Source of the DNA: Hyphomicrobiaceae bacterium
GTDB taxonomy: Bacteria > Pseudomonadota > Alphaproteobacteria > Rhizobiales > Hyphomicrobiaceae
DNA: 34,589 nt
Direction: 5' to 3'
Assembly (NCBI GenBank): GCA_041742195.1
Contig: JBGSJD010000296.1
Location: 1-34,589 of the forward strand
Each line of letters starts with the position of its first letter. Positions within the stretch are counted from its first letter, which is position 1. The notes under the pieces were generated by a model. The model did no database searches. It saw only the letters and a program-made list of their open reading frames with translations, and was not told the DNA's origin. Positions 16,081 through 25,040 of this stretch are shown piece by piece. The position numbers were made by a program, and so were the translations under genes.

Positions 16081-16310
16081 GGTCGTTCTTCCCTCGTGCG
16101 GGTGGCGCGGTGGATGCGGTAACGCAGTGGCGACCGAATGCCGTGTTTGTACCGGGATCGGTCGACCCATGCGCTGCGTGACGAAAGTCGCAAACATCGC
16201 ACACCAAGACGCTTCAGGCATTTGCGGGGCCGTGTCCGGCCTCCGTCGATGCATGAGCGTGACGACCCGATCGCATCCCGGTTCGCCATCATCGGGGAGC
16301 CCGAACCAGA

Positions 16311-18437
16311 ATGAGATTGAACTGCACACGTGACGCAACGCAGCCCGACCGCCAGCGGATCACCTTGCTTGCAGGCGCATCGATCGCGCTGCTGTCTCTC
16401 GCTGCCGATCCGGCAGCGGCCCAGACACGCCTGCCCGGCGTGGTCATCACCGGCGGCACCCTTGGTGGCCAGACCGAACGTTCGGTGAGGCCCTCCGACA
16501 GTTCTTCGGTCCAAGGCAATACCGAGCCGACGTCCCAGCCCGAAGGCGAAGCATCACAACCGTCCTCCGGCGCTGGCGATGGTGGCGGCGAGACTTTGGT
16601 CGGCATTCCTTCCGAGAAGATCGGTTCCGCAGTGGCAGTGGTGACAGGCGCCGAACTTCGCGCCCAGCAGGTTCGCCATGCAGCCGAGGCCCTCCGCAGT
16701 CTTCCCGGCGTCCAGGTCAGTTCATCCGGCGGCTACGGCGGCGTTTCGCAGATCCGCATGCGCGGCGCCGAAGGCAACCATACGCTGGTGCTGATCGACG
16801 GCATCGAAGCCAATGCCACAAACGGCGGAGAGTTCGACTTCGCGGACTTGCCAACCGAGGATATCGAGCGCATCGAAGTGATCCGCGGCGGACACTCCGG
16901 AGTCTACGGCTCGAAGGCGATCGGTGGTGTGATCAATGTCGTCACGCGGAGCGGCCGCGGACCGATCCGCGTCGAGGCGACAGGCGAGATCGGCGGCCTC
17001 GAGACACGCGGCGGCTCCATCCGGGCATCGGGCGGCACCGATCGCGCGTGGCTCTCCGCCTCGGCCCAGCATCGCCGCTCCGACGGCTTCAATATCGCCG
17101 AGCGTGGCTCCGAGAAGGACCCTTGGCGCTCGCGCTCGCTGGCGCTCAAGGGCGGCGTAAAGCTACTCCCGGGCGTTACGGTCGATTTCTCGGTGCGTGA
17201 GACCACCCGCTTCGCCAACACCGATCCCGAGGGCGTCAGTCCCTTGACCGGCCTCTACGGCGCCATCGACGGCATCGGCTCCTACGAGACGAATGTGCTG
17301 CTGGCCGGCGTCAACCTGAAGTGGGAGTCGGCAGACGGGGCCTTCACCCAGGTCCTTCGCGCCAATCGCAACGAGTCCGACGGCGTCACGAAGTCGGCGT
17401 TCGGCACGTCCCGCAATCTGAGCGAGGCCGAGCGCATCGGGTATCTCGCGACCTATCGCTTCGCGACTCCCGGCCTGCTTGGCGCGCGCCACGCCGTGTC
17501 CGGTCTCGCCGAGAAGGAGATGGACGCCTTCACGCCGTTCGCCTCGTTCACCGACGGATTGCGCCGCGAGCGTGAGCGCAACGCCTTCGTCGCCGAATAC
17601 CGTGGCGAATACTTCGACCGCGTCTTCCTCTCCGCGTCGGTCCGCCACGACGACAACGACGCCTTCAAGGACTTCACGACCTGGCGCACCAGCGTCTCGA
17701 TTCCGATCCCGGAGATCGGCATCCGGCCGCACGCGAGCGTCGGCACGTCCGTTGCGCTGCCCGGCATGTTCGAGCAGTTCGGAAGCGTCCTGAACAATTT
17801 CGTCGGCAACCCGAACCTCACGCCGGAAGAGAGCATCGGCTGGGATGCAGGCGTCGAGTTCACGTTCGACTCCCGCTCGCGGACGGTGCTGGACGTGACC
17901 TATTTCAGTGCCAACCTGAAGAACGAGATCGCGGCCGACTTCACGAATTTTCCCGTCTACACCCTGCGTAATCTGGCAGGCGAGAGCACACGTGAAGGTG
18001 TCGAGGTCGCATTCAAGTCGCAGCCGCTGTCGTGGCTCTTTCTCGGCGCCAGCTACACCTATCTCGACTCCCGCGACCCTGACGGCGTGCGCGAGATCCG
18101 CCGCTCGCCGCATGCCGCCCGCGCGGACCTGACGGCGACGTTCGCTGGCGGCAGGGGGAGCTTCAATCTGGCCGCCATCTACAATGGACAGGTGGCCGAC
18201 CTGAACTTCGGCACCTTCCCATCGACGCGGGTCACGCTGGACGACTACCTCCTCGTCAACGCGGCCCTGACTTACAAGATCGATCCGCGCGTCGAGCTCT
18301 TCGTGCGCGGCGAGAACCTCCTCGATCAGGACTATCAGGAGATTTACGGCTACAACACCCCGGGTCTCGCGGCGTTTGCCGGGTTCCGCATCAAGCTCGA
18401 GGACCCCTCGACGGCGCACTGGGAAAAATACAGGTAA
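16311..18437 (+). CDS. btuB: TonB-dependent outer-membrane receptor, probable corrinoid receptor
   Basis: Signal peptide, plug domain (VAVVTGAELRAQQVRHAAEALRSLPGVQVSSSGGYGGVSQIRMRGAEGNHTLVLIDGIE), and barrel ending NLLDQDYQEIYGYNTPGLAAFAGFRIKL. Substrate inferred only from the riboswitch and the btuFCD-like neighbours. Confidence 0.8.
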   Translation: MRLNCTRDATQPDRQRITLLAGASIALLSLAADPAAAQTRLPGVVITGGTLGGQTERSVRPSDSSSVQGNTEPTSQPEGEASQPSSGAGDGGGETLVGIPSEKIGSAVAVVTGAELRAQQVRHAAEALRSLPGVQVSSSGGYGGVSQIRMRGAEGNHTLVLIDGIEANATNGGEFDFADLPTEDIERIEVIRGGHSGVYGSKAIGGVINVVTRSGRGPIRVEATGEIGGLETRGGSIRASGGTDRAWLSASAQHRRSDGFNIAERGSEKDPWRSRSLALKGGVKLLPGVTVDFSVRETTRFANTDPEGVSPLTGLYGAIDGIGSYETNVLLAGVNLKWESADGAFTQVLRANRNESDGVTKSAFGTSRNLSEAERIGYLATYRFATPGLLGARHAVSGLAEKEMDAFTPFASFTDGLRRERERNAFVAEYRGEYFDRVFLSASVRHDDNDAFKDFTTWRTSVSIPIPEIGIRPHASVGTSVALPGMFEQFGSVLNNFVGNPNLTPEESIGWDAGVEFTFDSRSRTVLDVTYFSANLKNEIAADFTNFPVYTLRNLAGESTREGVEVAFKSQPLSWLFLGASYTYLDSRDPDGVREIRRSPHAARADLTATFAGGRGSFNLAAIYNGQVADLNFGTFPSTRVTLDDYLLVNAALTYKIDPRVELFVRGENLLDQDYQEIYGYNTPGLAAFAGFRIKLEDPSTAHWEKYR

Positions 18438-18526
18438 GGCCGGCGCGACACACCGGGTGGCTCGTGATGTACGCCCGGTGACGCAGCCGCCGGCACGACG
18501 GGGCAACGAGAGGAACGGGACGCAGC

Positions 18527-19390
18527 GTGACACTCGGCAAAGGTTGGTTCGCTGCGCTCCTGCTGTCCCTGCTCTTCGGCGCGAGCAGCGCCACCGCGTC
18601 GGCGGATGGCCCACCCCGGCGCGTCGTCTCGATGAATGTGTGCACCGACCAGTTGGCCATGCTCATCGCAGACGAAGGCCAGCTCGCCTCCGTTTCGCAC
18701 ATGGCGAGCCAGCGAAACTTCTCCGTCCTCTGGCAACGCGCCGGCGCGCTCGCCGTCAACCACGGTCACGCCGAGGAAGTCTATCTGATGCGGCCGGATC
18801 TGGTTCTCGCGGGAGCCTATTCGACCCGCGTCACCATCGATCTCCTGCGCCGCCTCGGTGTTCGCGTGGAGACATTCGCGCCGGTGGCGTCGCTCGACGA
18901 CATCAGGAAAGACATCCTTGCCATGGGCCGCCTGCTGGGCCAGTCCCCTCGCGCCGACGCCATGGTGGCAGCGTTCGACCACGAGGTCGCCGCCGTGCGC
19001 ACGAGCCACGGTGACCGCAAGCCGCTCGCTGCGCTCTACCACGCCAACAGCTACACGTCGGGCCGCGGCACGCTCGCGGCCGAGATCGTCGAACTCGCGG
19101 CTCTGGACAACCTCGGAACACGCCTCGGCTTGACCGGAACAGCCCGGCTGCCGCTCGAGTCCCTCGTCATGAACGCCCCGGAGATCATCGTCACCGGTCA
19201 GCGTTACGGCGGCGACAACGCACAGGCGACGAGCGTCCTCGATCATCCGGCTCTCGCACGCGGCCCCCGCCCTCCCGGCGCCATCGTCATCGCCGACCAT
19301 GAATGGATCTGCGGTCTGCCCTTTACGATCGAGGCGGCACGTCGCCTCGCGACAGCAGCCCGCGCCGCCACCGGTCGCGAGGCCAGATGA
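18527..19390 (+). CDS. btuF: periplasmic substrate-binding protein of a FecCD-type ABC importer (BtuF-like)
   Basis: GTG start. Signal peptide MTLGKGWFAALLLSLLFGASSATASA. RVVSMNVCTDQLAML...PDLVLAG pattern of class-8 binding proteins. The stop overlaps the permease start (ATGA). Confidence 0.65.
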   Translation: MTLGKGWFAALLLSLLFGASSATASADGPPRRVVSMNVCTDQLAMLIADEGQLASVSHMASQRNFSVLWQRAGALAVNHGHAEEVYLMRPDLVLAGAYSTRVTIDLLRRLGVRVETFAPVASLDDIRKDILAMGRLLGQSPRADAMVAAFDHEVAAVRTSHGDRKPLAALYHANSYTSGRGTLAAEIVELAALDNLGTRLGLTGTARLPLESLVMNAPEIIVTGQRYGGDNAQATSVLDHPALARGPRPPGAIVIADHEWICGLPFTIEAARRLATAARAATGREAR

Positions 19391-20373
19391 TGCGCGCCGT
19401 CTTCGCGCTTCTGATCATCGCGCTGGTCGTCGCGTTCGCCGGCTCCCTGTTGGTCGGTCCGGCGGCGCTCGACATTGGTGCGTCACTGTCGGCGCTGTTC
19501 GGAGGCGGCACCGAGCCGGCGCGCATCGTGATGTGGGAAATCCGCCTGCCACGGGCCATTCTCGGCGCATCGGTCGGCGCCACGCTCGGCATTGCGGGAG
19601 CGGCATTGCAGGGCTATCTGCGCAACCCTTTGGCCGACCCAGGCGTGCTGGGCATCAGCGCCTCCGCGTCGTTCGGCGCAGTCCTCGCCTTCTATTTCGG
19701 CGCCGCGGCCGTGGCACCGCTTGCTCTCCCGCTCTCGGCGATGGCGGGAGCCGCAGGAGCCGCCATGCTGGTCCGGCTCTTGGCCGGTCGCGATGCCGGC
19801 ACGTTGACGTTGATCCTCGCCGGCGTGGCCATCAGTTCGCTCGCGAGTGCGCTCACCACCCTGGCCTTGAACCTCGCGCCCAATCCGTTCGCCGCGCTCG
19901 AGATCCTGTTCTGGATGCTCGGCTCTCTCACCGATCGGTCGATGGCCCATGTCTGGCTCGCATTGCCATTCATGATGCTGGGCTGGCTGCTGATGGCCAT
20001 GTCGGCCCGCACGCTGAACGCACTGACGCTGGGTGAGGACGTGGCGGCCACATTGGGCGAGAGCCCGAAGCGTGCCCAACTCCTGATCATCGCGGGCGCT
20101 TCGATCGCCGTTGGTGCAGCGACCGCCGTCGCGGGGGCGATCGCCTTCGTCGGGCTGGTCGTCCCGCACCTGCTGCGCCGCCTCGTCGGCGGCCGTCCAT
20201 CCGCTCTGCTGCCGGCGAGCGCTTTAGGTGGCGCCGTCCTCGTGCTTCTCGCCGACATCGCCGTCCGACTGATCGCGCCGGAACGGGATATCAAGCTCGG
20301 CGTTCTGACCGCATTGATCGGCGCACCGTTTTTTCTCCGTCTTGTCCTCGAGACGCGGAGAGAGAGCCAATGA
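19387..20373 (+). CDS. btuC: FecCD-family ABC permease (BtuC-like)
   Basis: MMRAVFALLIIALVVAFAGSLLVGPAAL...RLPRAILGASVGATLGIAGAALQGYLRNPLADPGVLGIS...FVGLVVPHLLRRLVG...GAPFFLRLVL. Confidence 0.75.
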   Translation: MMRAVFALLIIALVVAFAGSLLVGPAALDIGASLSALFGGGTEPARIVMWEIRLPRAILGASVGATLGIAGAALQGYLRNPLADPGVLGISASASFGAVLAFYFGAAAVAPLALPLSAMAGAAGAAMLVRLLAGRDAGTLTLILAGVAISSLASALTTLALNLAPNPFAALEILFWMLGSLTDRSMAHVWLALPFMMLGWLLMAMSARTLNALTLGEDVAATLGESPKRAQLLIIAGASIAVGAATAVAGAIAFVGLVVPHLLRRLVGGRPSALLPASALGGAVLVLLADIAVRLIAPERDIKLGVLTALIGAPFFLRLVLETRRESQ

Positions 20374-21149
20374 CCCTCTTGCACGTGCGCAACCTGTCGG
20401 TATCGCGCGGCCCACGTCAGGTGCTCGACCGGATCACGGCCACGGTCGAGCCGGGCGAGGTCGTGGGTGTCCTGGGCCCGAACGGCGTCGGCAAGACGAC
20501 GCTTCTCGCGTCGATCCTCGGCCTCGTGCCGTCATCGGGCACCATCGAGCTGATGGGCCGGCCAGCGGGCCTGATCCCGGCGAAAGAGCGCGCGCGGCTC
20601 GTATCCTATCTGCCTCAGGCGCGGGACGCCGCCTGGCCCATGACCGCCGAGATGATCGTGGCCTTGGGACGCCTGCCGCACGGCACGGGACTGCGTGCCC
20701 CGACTCGTGCCGACAGCGATGCGGTCGAACGGGCGATGCAGGCGACAGACGTGACGCATCTGCGCTCTCGTCCCATCTCGCAGTTGTCCGGCGGCGAGAA
20801 GACTCGTGTGCTCTTGGCCCGAACGCTGGCTCAGGACGCGGCCTTGATCGTCGCCGACGAGCCAGCGAGTGGTCTCGACCCCGCGCAACAGATCACCGTA
20901 TTGCGCTTGTTTCGTCAGCTGGCCGCATCTGGCCGGTCCGTGCTGCTCAGCCTGCACGAGCTTCACCTTGCGGCCATGTGGTGCGACCGCCTCCTGCTTT
21001 TGAGCCACGGATCGATCGCCGCCGAAGGTGCTCCGGCCGACGTGCTGACCGCAGAACGGATCGCGGAGGTCTACGGCTGCAGCGCGCATGTGACGGAAAG
21101 CCCTGAGGGCCTGATCGTCGTTCCGCTCGAGCAGTCGGCCCGCCGTTGA
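20370..21149 (+). CDS. btuD: ABC transporter ATP-binding protein (BtuD/FecE-like)
   Basis: Walker A GPNGVGKTTL, signature LSGGEKTRV, Walker B LIVADEPASGLD. ATGA overlap with the permease stop. Confidence 0.8.
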   Translation: MTLLHVRNLSVSRGPRQVLDRITATVEPGEVVGVLGPNGVGKTTLLASILGLVPSSGTIELMGRPAGLIPAKERARLVSYLPQARDAAWPMTAEMIVALGRLPHGTGLRAPTRADSDAVERAMQATDVTHLRSRPISQLSGGEKTRVLLARTLAQDAALIVADEPASGLDPAQQITVLRLFRQLAASGRSVLLSLHELHLAAMWCDRLLLLSHGSIAAEGAPADVLTAERIAEVYGCSAHVTESPEGLIVVPLEQSARR

Positions 21150-21173
21150 CCCTGCGGCACGGCGCGACGGACC

Positions 21174-21199
21174 GGAACTTCAAACACCAGCCGAGCGTT
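21174..21199 (+). promoter_or_regulatory. EcfG-type promoter motif GGAAC-N17-CGTT
   Basis: GGAAC 21174-21178 and CGTT 21196-21199, intergenic, 215 nt upstream of ATG 21414. Confidence 0.5.
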
Positions 21200-21413
21200 A
21201 CGCAGGTCTGCCCGGCGTGCCGCGCCGAGGCTGCGAACATGCCGGCCGCGGCAAGCCCCAGGACATCGCGGGATAGCCCCGTTGCTCACGATACCGGGTT
21301 GACGCGATCTCGATCGTCCTTGGCAAAAAGGTACGCTCCGTAGATGGCTTGGCGGGGCTCCACGCTCCGGAAGCCGCAACGCGATCGGATGATCTCCAGG
21401 AAAGGACGCGAAC

Positions 21414-21857
21414 ATGCCGAGTACCGTTCACTTTCACCGCATCCTCGCCGCCAAGCCCGAGAAGGTCTATCGCGCCTTCGTCGAACCCGATGCGATCGCG
21501 AGTTGGGTACCTCCATACGGATTTCTCTGTACCGTCCACGAACTCGACGCCCGGGTCGGTGGCAAGCACCGCATGTCGTTCCGCAATTTCACCACCGGAG
21601 ACAGCCACTCTTTCGGCGGCGAGTATGTGGAGGTCGTGCCGGGCGAACGGCTTGTCTACACCGACAGGTTCGACGATGCGCGATTGCCAGGTGAGATGAA
21701 AATCACGATCTCGCTGGTGCCGGTATCCGTTGGCACCGAGTTGAACATCACGCAGGAGGGAATCCCCGACGTGATTCCTCGTGAAGCGTGCTGCCTCGGC
21801 TGGCAGCAAAGTCTTCTGAAACTCGCAAAGCTGGTAGAGCCGGACATCGGCGGCTGA
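21414..21857 (+). CDS. SRPBCC-superfamily protein (AHSA1/START-like)
   Basis: AGGAAAGGA upstream. FHRILAAKPEKVYRAFVEPDAIASWVPPYGF...VGGKHRMSFRNFTTGDSHSFGGEYVEVVPGERLVYT is typical of the AHSA1-like family. Confidence 0.8.
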   Translation: MPSTVHFHRILAAKPEKVYRAFVEPDAIASWVPPYGFLCTVHELDARVGGKHRMSFRNFTTGDSHSFGGEYVEVVPGERLVYTDRFDDARLPGEMKITISLVPVSVGTELNITQEGIPDVIPREACCLGWQQSLLKLAKLVEPDIGG

Positions 21858-21873
21858 CAACCGGAGAACGAAA

Positions 21874-22659
21874 ATGGCCAATCGACACGGTGACTTCATC
21901 TGGTACGAGTTGTTGACATCCGATGCCGATGCAGCGACGGCATTCTACGGCGATATCTTCGGCTGGAAGCCGAGAAACTCTGGCCAGCCGGACATGGACT
22001 ATCGCCTCCTCGCGGCGCATGACGGCGACGTCGGCGGCCTCATGCAGATCAACGACGAAATGAAGGCCGGTGGCGCCAGGCCGATCTGGCTCGGATACAT
22101 CGCGGTCGACGACGTCGATCGCAGCGTGGCGAGCATTGCGAAGGCCAGCGGTCAGGTCCGGATGCCGGCCATGGACATTCCGCATGTCGGACGCCTTGCC
22201 ATGGTCACGGACCCTCAGGGCGTGCCGTTCTACGTCATGCGTGGGCTGAGCGATGAGGAGAGCCGCGCCTTTGCCTATGACACGCCGCGTTTGGGCCATT
22301 GCGCCTGGAACGAGCTGGCCACCAGCGATCGTACGGCTGCGATGACGTTCTACACACAGCAGTTCGGCTGGCTGAAGGACAGCGAGATGGATATGGGCCC
22401 GATGGGCAAATACGAACTGCTGCGTCGCGCCGAAGGCCCGGGCCTGTTCGCCGGAGTCATGACGCGGCCGCAGGAAATGCCGGTGTCGCTCTGGAGCTAT
22501 TATTTCCGTGTCGCCGACGTCGATGAAGCCGTGCGGCGTACGACGGCAGGCGGCGGCCAGATCGCGCACGGCCCGATCGAAATTCCCGGCGGCGAGTTCT
22601 CGGTGAACGCCATCGATCCACAAGGCGCGATGTTTGCATTCATCGGCCCACGCAAGTGA
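21874..22659 (+). CDS. two-domain VOC (glyoxalase/bleomycin-resistance fold) family protein
   Basis: GDFIWYELLTSDADAATAFYGDIFGWK is repeated as HCAWNELATSDRTAAMTFYTQQFGWL. 16-nt gap after the SRPBCC gene. Confidence 0.8.
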   Translation: MANRHGDFIWYELLTSDADAATAFYGDIFGWKPRNSGQPDMDYRLLAAHDGDVGGLMQINDEMKAGGARPIWLGYIAVDDVDRSVASIAKASGQVRMPAMDIPHVGRLAMVTDPQGVPFYVMRGLSDEESRAFAYDTPRLGHCAWNELATSDRTAAMTFYTQQFGWLKDSEMDMGPMGKYELLRRAEGPGLFAGVMTRPQEMPVSLWSYYFRVADVDEAVRRTTAGGGQIAHGPIEIPGGEFSVNAIDPQGAMFAFIGPRK

Positions 22660-22674
22660 TCGTTAGGCTCGCTC

Positions 22675-22696
22675 GGCGGCGCGCGTTCGCGCCGCC
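22675..22696. terminator. perfect 9-bp GC hairpin between convergent genes
   Basis: GGCGGCGCG-cgtt-CGCGCCGCC between the stops at 22659 (+) and 22748 (-). Confidence 0.5.
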
Positions 22697-22747
22697 GGAC
22701 ACGCGCTCCGGTGAAGTGCACACGGCGCGAAACTGCGGCGATATCCG

Positions 22748-23101
22748 TCAGGCGCGTCCGTCGAAGATCGCCTCGAAGCCGCCGAAGATCATACGCTTGC
22801 CATCGAACGGCATGTCCATCTGCTGCCAGCGGGCGTCGGTCTTGGTCGACGCCTCGCAGGCATCCGCCGTCGCCTTGTCGGGCCACAGGATCCAGGAGAA
22901 GACGACGGTCTCACCGTCCTTGAGATCGACCGCGCGGTTGAAATCGGTCGCCTTACCCGTCGGAACCTTGTCTCCCCAAGCCTCGACGTGCTGCAGGGCG
23001 CCGTACTCCTTGAACAGCGGCCATGCCTTCCGCGCAGACTCGATGTAGGCGGCCTTGTTGCCGTTCGGTACGGGCACCACGAAACCGCTGATATAGCTCA
23101 T
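22748..23101 (-). CDS. DUF1428 (YbaA-like) protein
   Basis: MSYISGFVVPVPNGNKAAYIESARKAWPLFKEYGAL...VVFSWILWPDKATADA...MPFDGKRMIFGGFEAIFD resembles E. coli YbaA throughout. Confidence 0.85.
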   Translation of the reverse strand: MSYISGFVVPVPNGNKAAYIESARKAWPLFKEYGALQHVEAWGDKVPTGKATDFNRAVDLKDGETVVFSWILWPDKATADACEASTKTDARWQQMDMPFDGKRMIFGGFEAIFDGRA

Positions 23102-23234
23102 GTCGAACTCCTGAAGTTGATGTGATCTCGGTCATGCGACCGATAATCTGGCGCCTCGTGCGCCTCTCGAGTCCGGCCAGTTCCGCGCAAGCCGGGTTCG
23201 ATCGCGCCCAAGGAGAGCAGAATGGACAACTTCG

Positions 23235-24167
23235 TCACGCTTGTGACGACGTGCGCGAGAGCATGAACGCATCCCATGCCGGTCGTTCCCCCAGGCGCGC
23301 AGCGAGAAAATCGATCAGGAGGCGCGTCTTCGCGGCGAGGTAACGGTTCGGCGCATAGAGCGCGAATACGCCGAGATCTGCCGGCGGAAACTGGGTGAGC
23401 ACGAGCTTCAGTCGTCCTGCCTGGATATCCGGCCCGACGAGAAACGTCGGCAACTTGGCGATACCTTGCCCCGCGACGGCGGCAGCGCGCAGCACATCGC
23501 CATTGTTCGAGCAAAGGACTGAATTGATGGCGAGGCTGAAAGCCTCCCCGTCACGCGTCAGGCGCCAGCGCTGCAGCATCGTCGAATGTCCGTAGTTGAG
23601 GCACCGGTGCTGCGCCAGATCGTCGGGCGATTTCGGTCTGCCGTAGTGCTTGAGGTAGCGCGGCGCCGCCACCAGAACACGGCGCGCGGGCGCCAGACGA
23701 CGGGCGATCAGGCTCGAGTCCGCCAGCACGCCGATCCGGATCGTGGCATCGACGCCTTCTTCGATCGGATCGATGAAGCGGTCGTTCAGCGTCAACTCGA
23801 TCTTGAGATCGGGGAACTGCCCCATGAATTCAGCGATCAGACGTCCGAGATGCAGCACGCCGAATGAAACTGGCGCGTTGATCTTCAGCACGCCCTTCGG
23901 CTCGTCATGAAGTCTCGAGACCTGCATCTCGGTCTCTTCCACGCGGGCGAGGATGTCGAGACAGCTCTCGTAGTAGGCGATACCGGCTTCGGTCGCGCTC
24001 ACCCGACGTGTCGTGCGATCCAGCAGGCGCGCCCCAAGCAACTGCTCGAGTTCCATCACCGCCTTGCTGACGGCGGAGCGCGTGAGACCGAGCGCGCGCC
24101 CCGCCTCCGCATAGCTGCCGAGCGAGACGACTTTCACGAACGCATTCATGGCGTCGAGCTTGTTCAT
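23235..24167 (-). CDS. LysR-family transcriptional regulator
   Basis: N-terminal wHTH MNKLDAMNAFVKVVSLGSYAEAGRALGLTRSAVSKAVMELEQLLGARLLDRTTRRVSATEAG plus a LysR substrate-binding domain. Divergent from the pirin gene. Confidence 0.9.
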   Translation of the reverse strand: MNKLDAMNAFVKVVSLGSYAEAGRALGLTRSAVSKAVMELEQLLGARLLDRTTRRVSATEAGIAYYESCLDILARVEETEMQVSRLHDEPKGVLKINAPVSFGVLHLGRLIAEFMGQFPDLKIELTLNDRFIDPIEEGVDATIRIGVLADSSLIARRLAPARRVLVAAPRYLKHYGRPKSPDDLAQHRCLNYGHSTMLQRWRLTRDGEAFSLAINSVLCSNNGDVLRAAAVAGQGIAKLPTFLVGPDIQAGRLKLVLTQFPPADLGVFALYAPNRYLAAKTRLLIDFLAARLGERPAWDAFMLSRTSSQA

Positions 24168-24177
24168 GCGCCATTGT

Positions 24178-24190
24178 ATCCATTATGGAT
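24178..24190. promoter_or_regulatory. candidate LysR-type operator (perfect dyad, T-N11-A context)
   Basis: ATCCAT-T-ATGGAT, 11 nt upstream of the LysR start and about 95 nt upstream of the pirin start. Confidence 0.5.
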
Positions 24191-24285
24191 GCAGTTTGAA
24201 CAATCATCTGAGGATTGAATTCCGAACACTGGCGCCCAATTCTCCGAGCAACAGGCGACGATCGCCGCAAGCAAGGAGAACAGCC

Positions 24286-24990
24286 ATGACACTCGCAGTG
24301 CGCAGATCCGAGGAGCGCGGCCGCGCCAACTTCGGCTGGCTCGATAGCAGGCACACCTTCTCGTTCGGGCACTATCACGACCCCGAACACATGGGCTTTG
24401 GCCCGCTTCGCGTCATCAACGACGACCGCGTGGCGCCCGGCGGCGGCTTTCCCGCGCATCCACACAGTGACATGGAGATCATCTCCTACGTTCTGGAGGG
24501 GGCGATGGAGCACAAGGACAGCCTCGGCACCGGCTCGGTGATCCGCCCCGGCGACGTGCAGCGCATGTCGGCCGGAACCGGCATCCGCCATTCCGAGTTC
24601 AACGCCTCGAAGACGGACCCGGTCCATTTCCTCCAGATCTGGATCATCCCCGAGCGCAAGGGCATCGAGCCCGGCTACGAGCAGAAGGCGTTCACGGATG
24701 CCGAGAAGCGCGGCCGTCTGCGGCTGATCGGATCGCACGACGGCCGCGACGGCTCGGTCACGATCCATCAGGACGTCGATCTCTACGCGACGCTGCTCGG
24801 CCGTGGCGACAGCGTCGAGCACACGATCGAAGCTGGCCGTGGCGGCTGGGTGCAGGTCGCACGCGGATCCGTCGAGTTGAACGGCACCGCGCTCCGCGAA
24901 GGTGATGGCGTCGCCGTCTCGACCTCCGGCCCGCTACGCATCGCGGGCGTTGCCGACGCCGAGGTGCTGCTCTTCGACATGGGCCCCTGA
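24286..24990 (+). CDS. pirin family protein (YhhW-like)
   Basis: AAGGAGA 6 nt upstream of ATG 24286. RGRANFGWLDSRHTFSFGHYHDPEHMGFGPLRVINDDRVAPGGGFPAHPHSDMEIISYVLEGAMEHKDSLG. Confidence 0.9.
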   Translation: MTLAVRRSEERGRANFGWLDSRHTFSFGHYHDPEHMGFGPLRVINDDRVAPGGGFPAHPHSDMEIISYVLEGAMEHKDSLGTGSVIRPGDVQRMSAGTGIRHSEFNASKTDPVHFLQIWIIPERKGIEPGYEQKAFTDAEKRGRLRLIGSHDGRDGSVTIHQDVDLYATLLGRGDSVEHTIEAGRGGWVQVARGSVELNGTALREGDGVAVSTSGPLRIAGVADAEVLLFDMGP

Positions 24991-25016
24991 TCAGGGTTCG
25001 CCTGGCCGCAACCGCA

Positions 25017-25040
25017 CGGCGGAGCACGCTTGCTCCGCCG
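25017..25040 (+). terminator. perfect 10-bp GC hairpin after the pirin stop
   Basis: CGGCGGAGCA-cgct-TGCTCCGCCG, 27 nt after the stop. No U-tract. Confidence 0.45.

Noticed and set aside
21146-21343. A 65-aa ORF in the btuD-SRPBCC gap.
   Set aside because: It starts upstream of the candidate promoter and overlaps the btuD stop. Its composition is Arg/Ser/Pro-rich and there is no SD.
23266-23289. A minus-strand GGAAC-N15-CGTT about 160 nt upstream of the DUF1428 gene.
   Set aside because: The spacer is 15 nt rather than 16/17, and the motif lies inside the LysR coding region. Not counted as a promoter.
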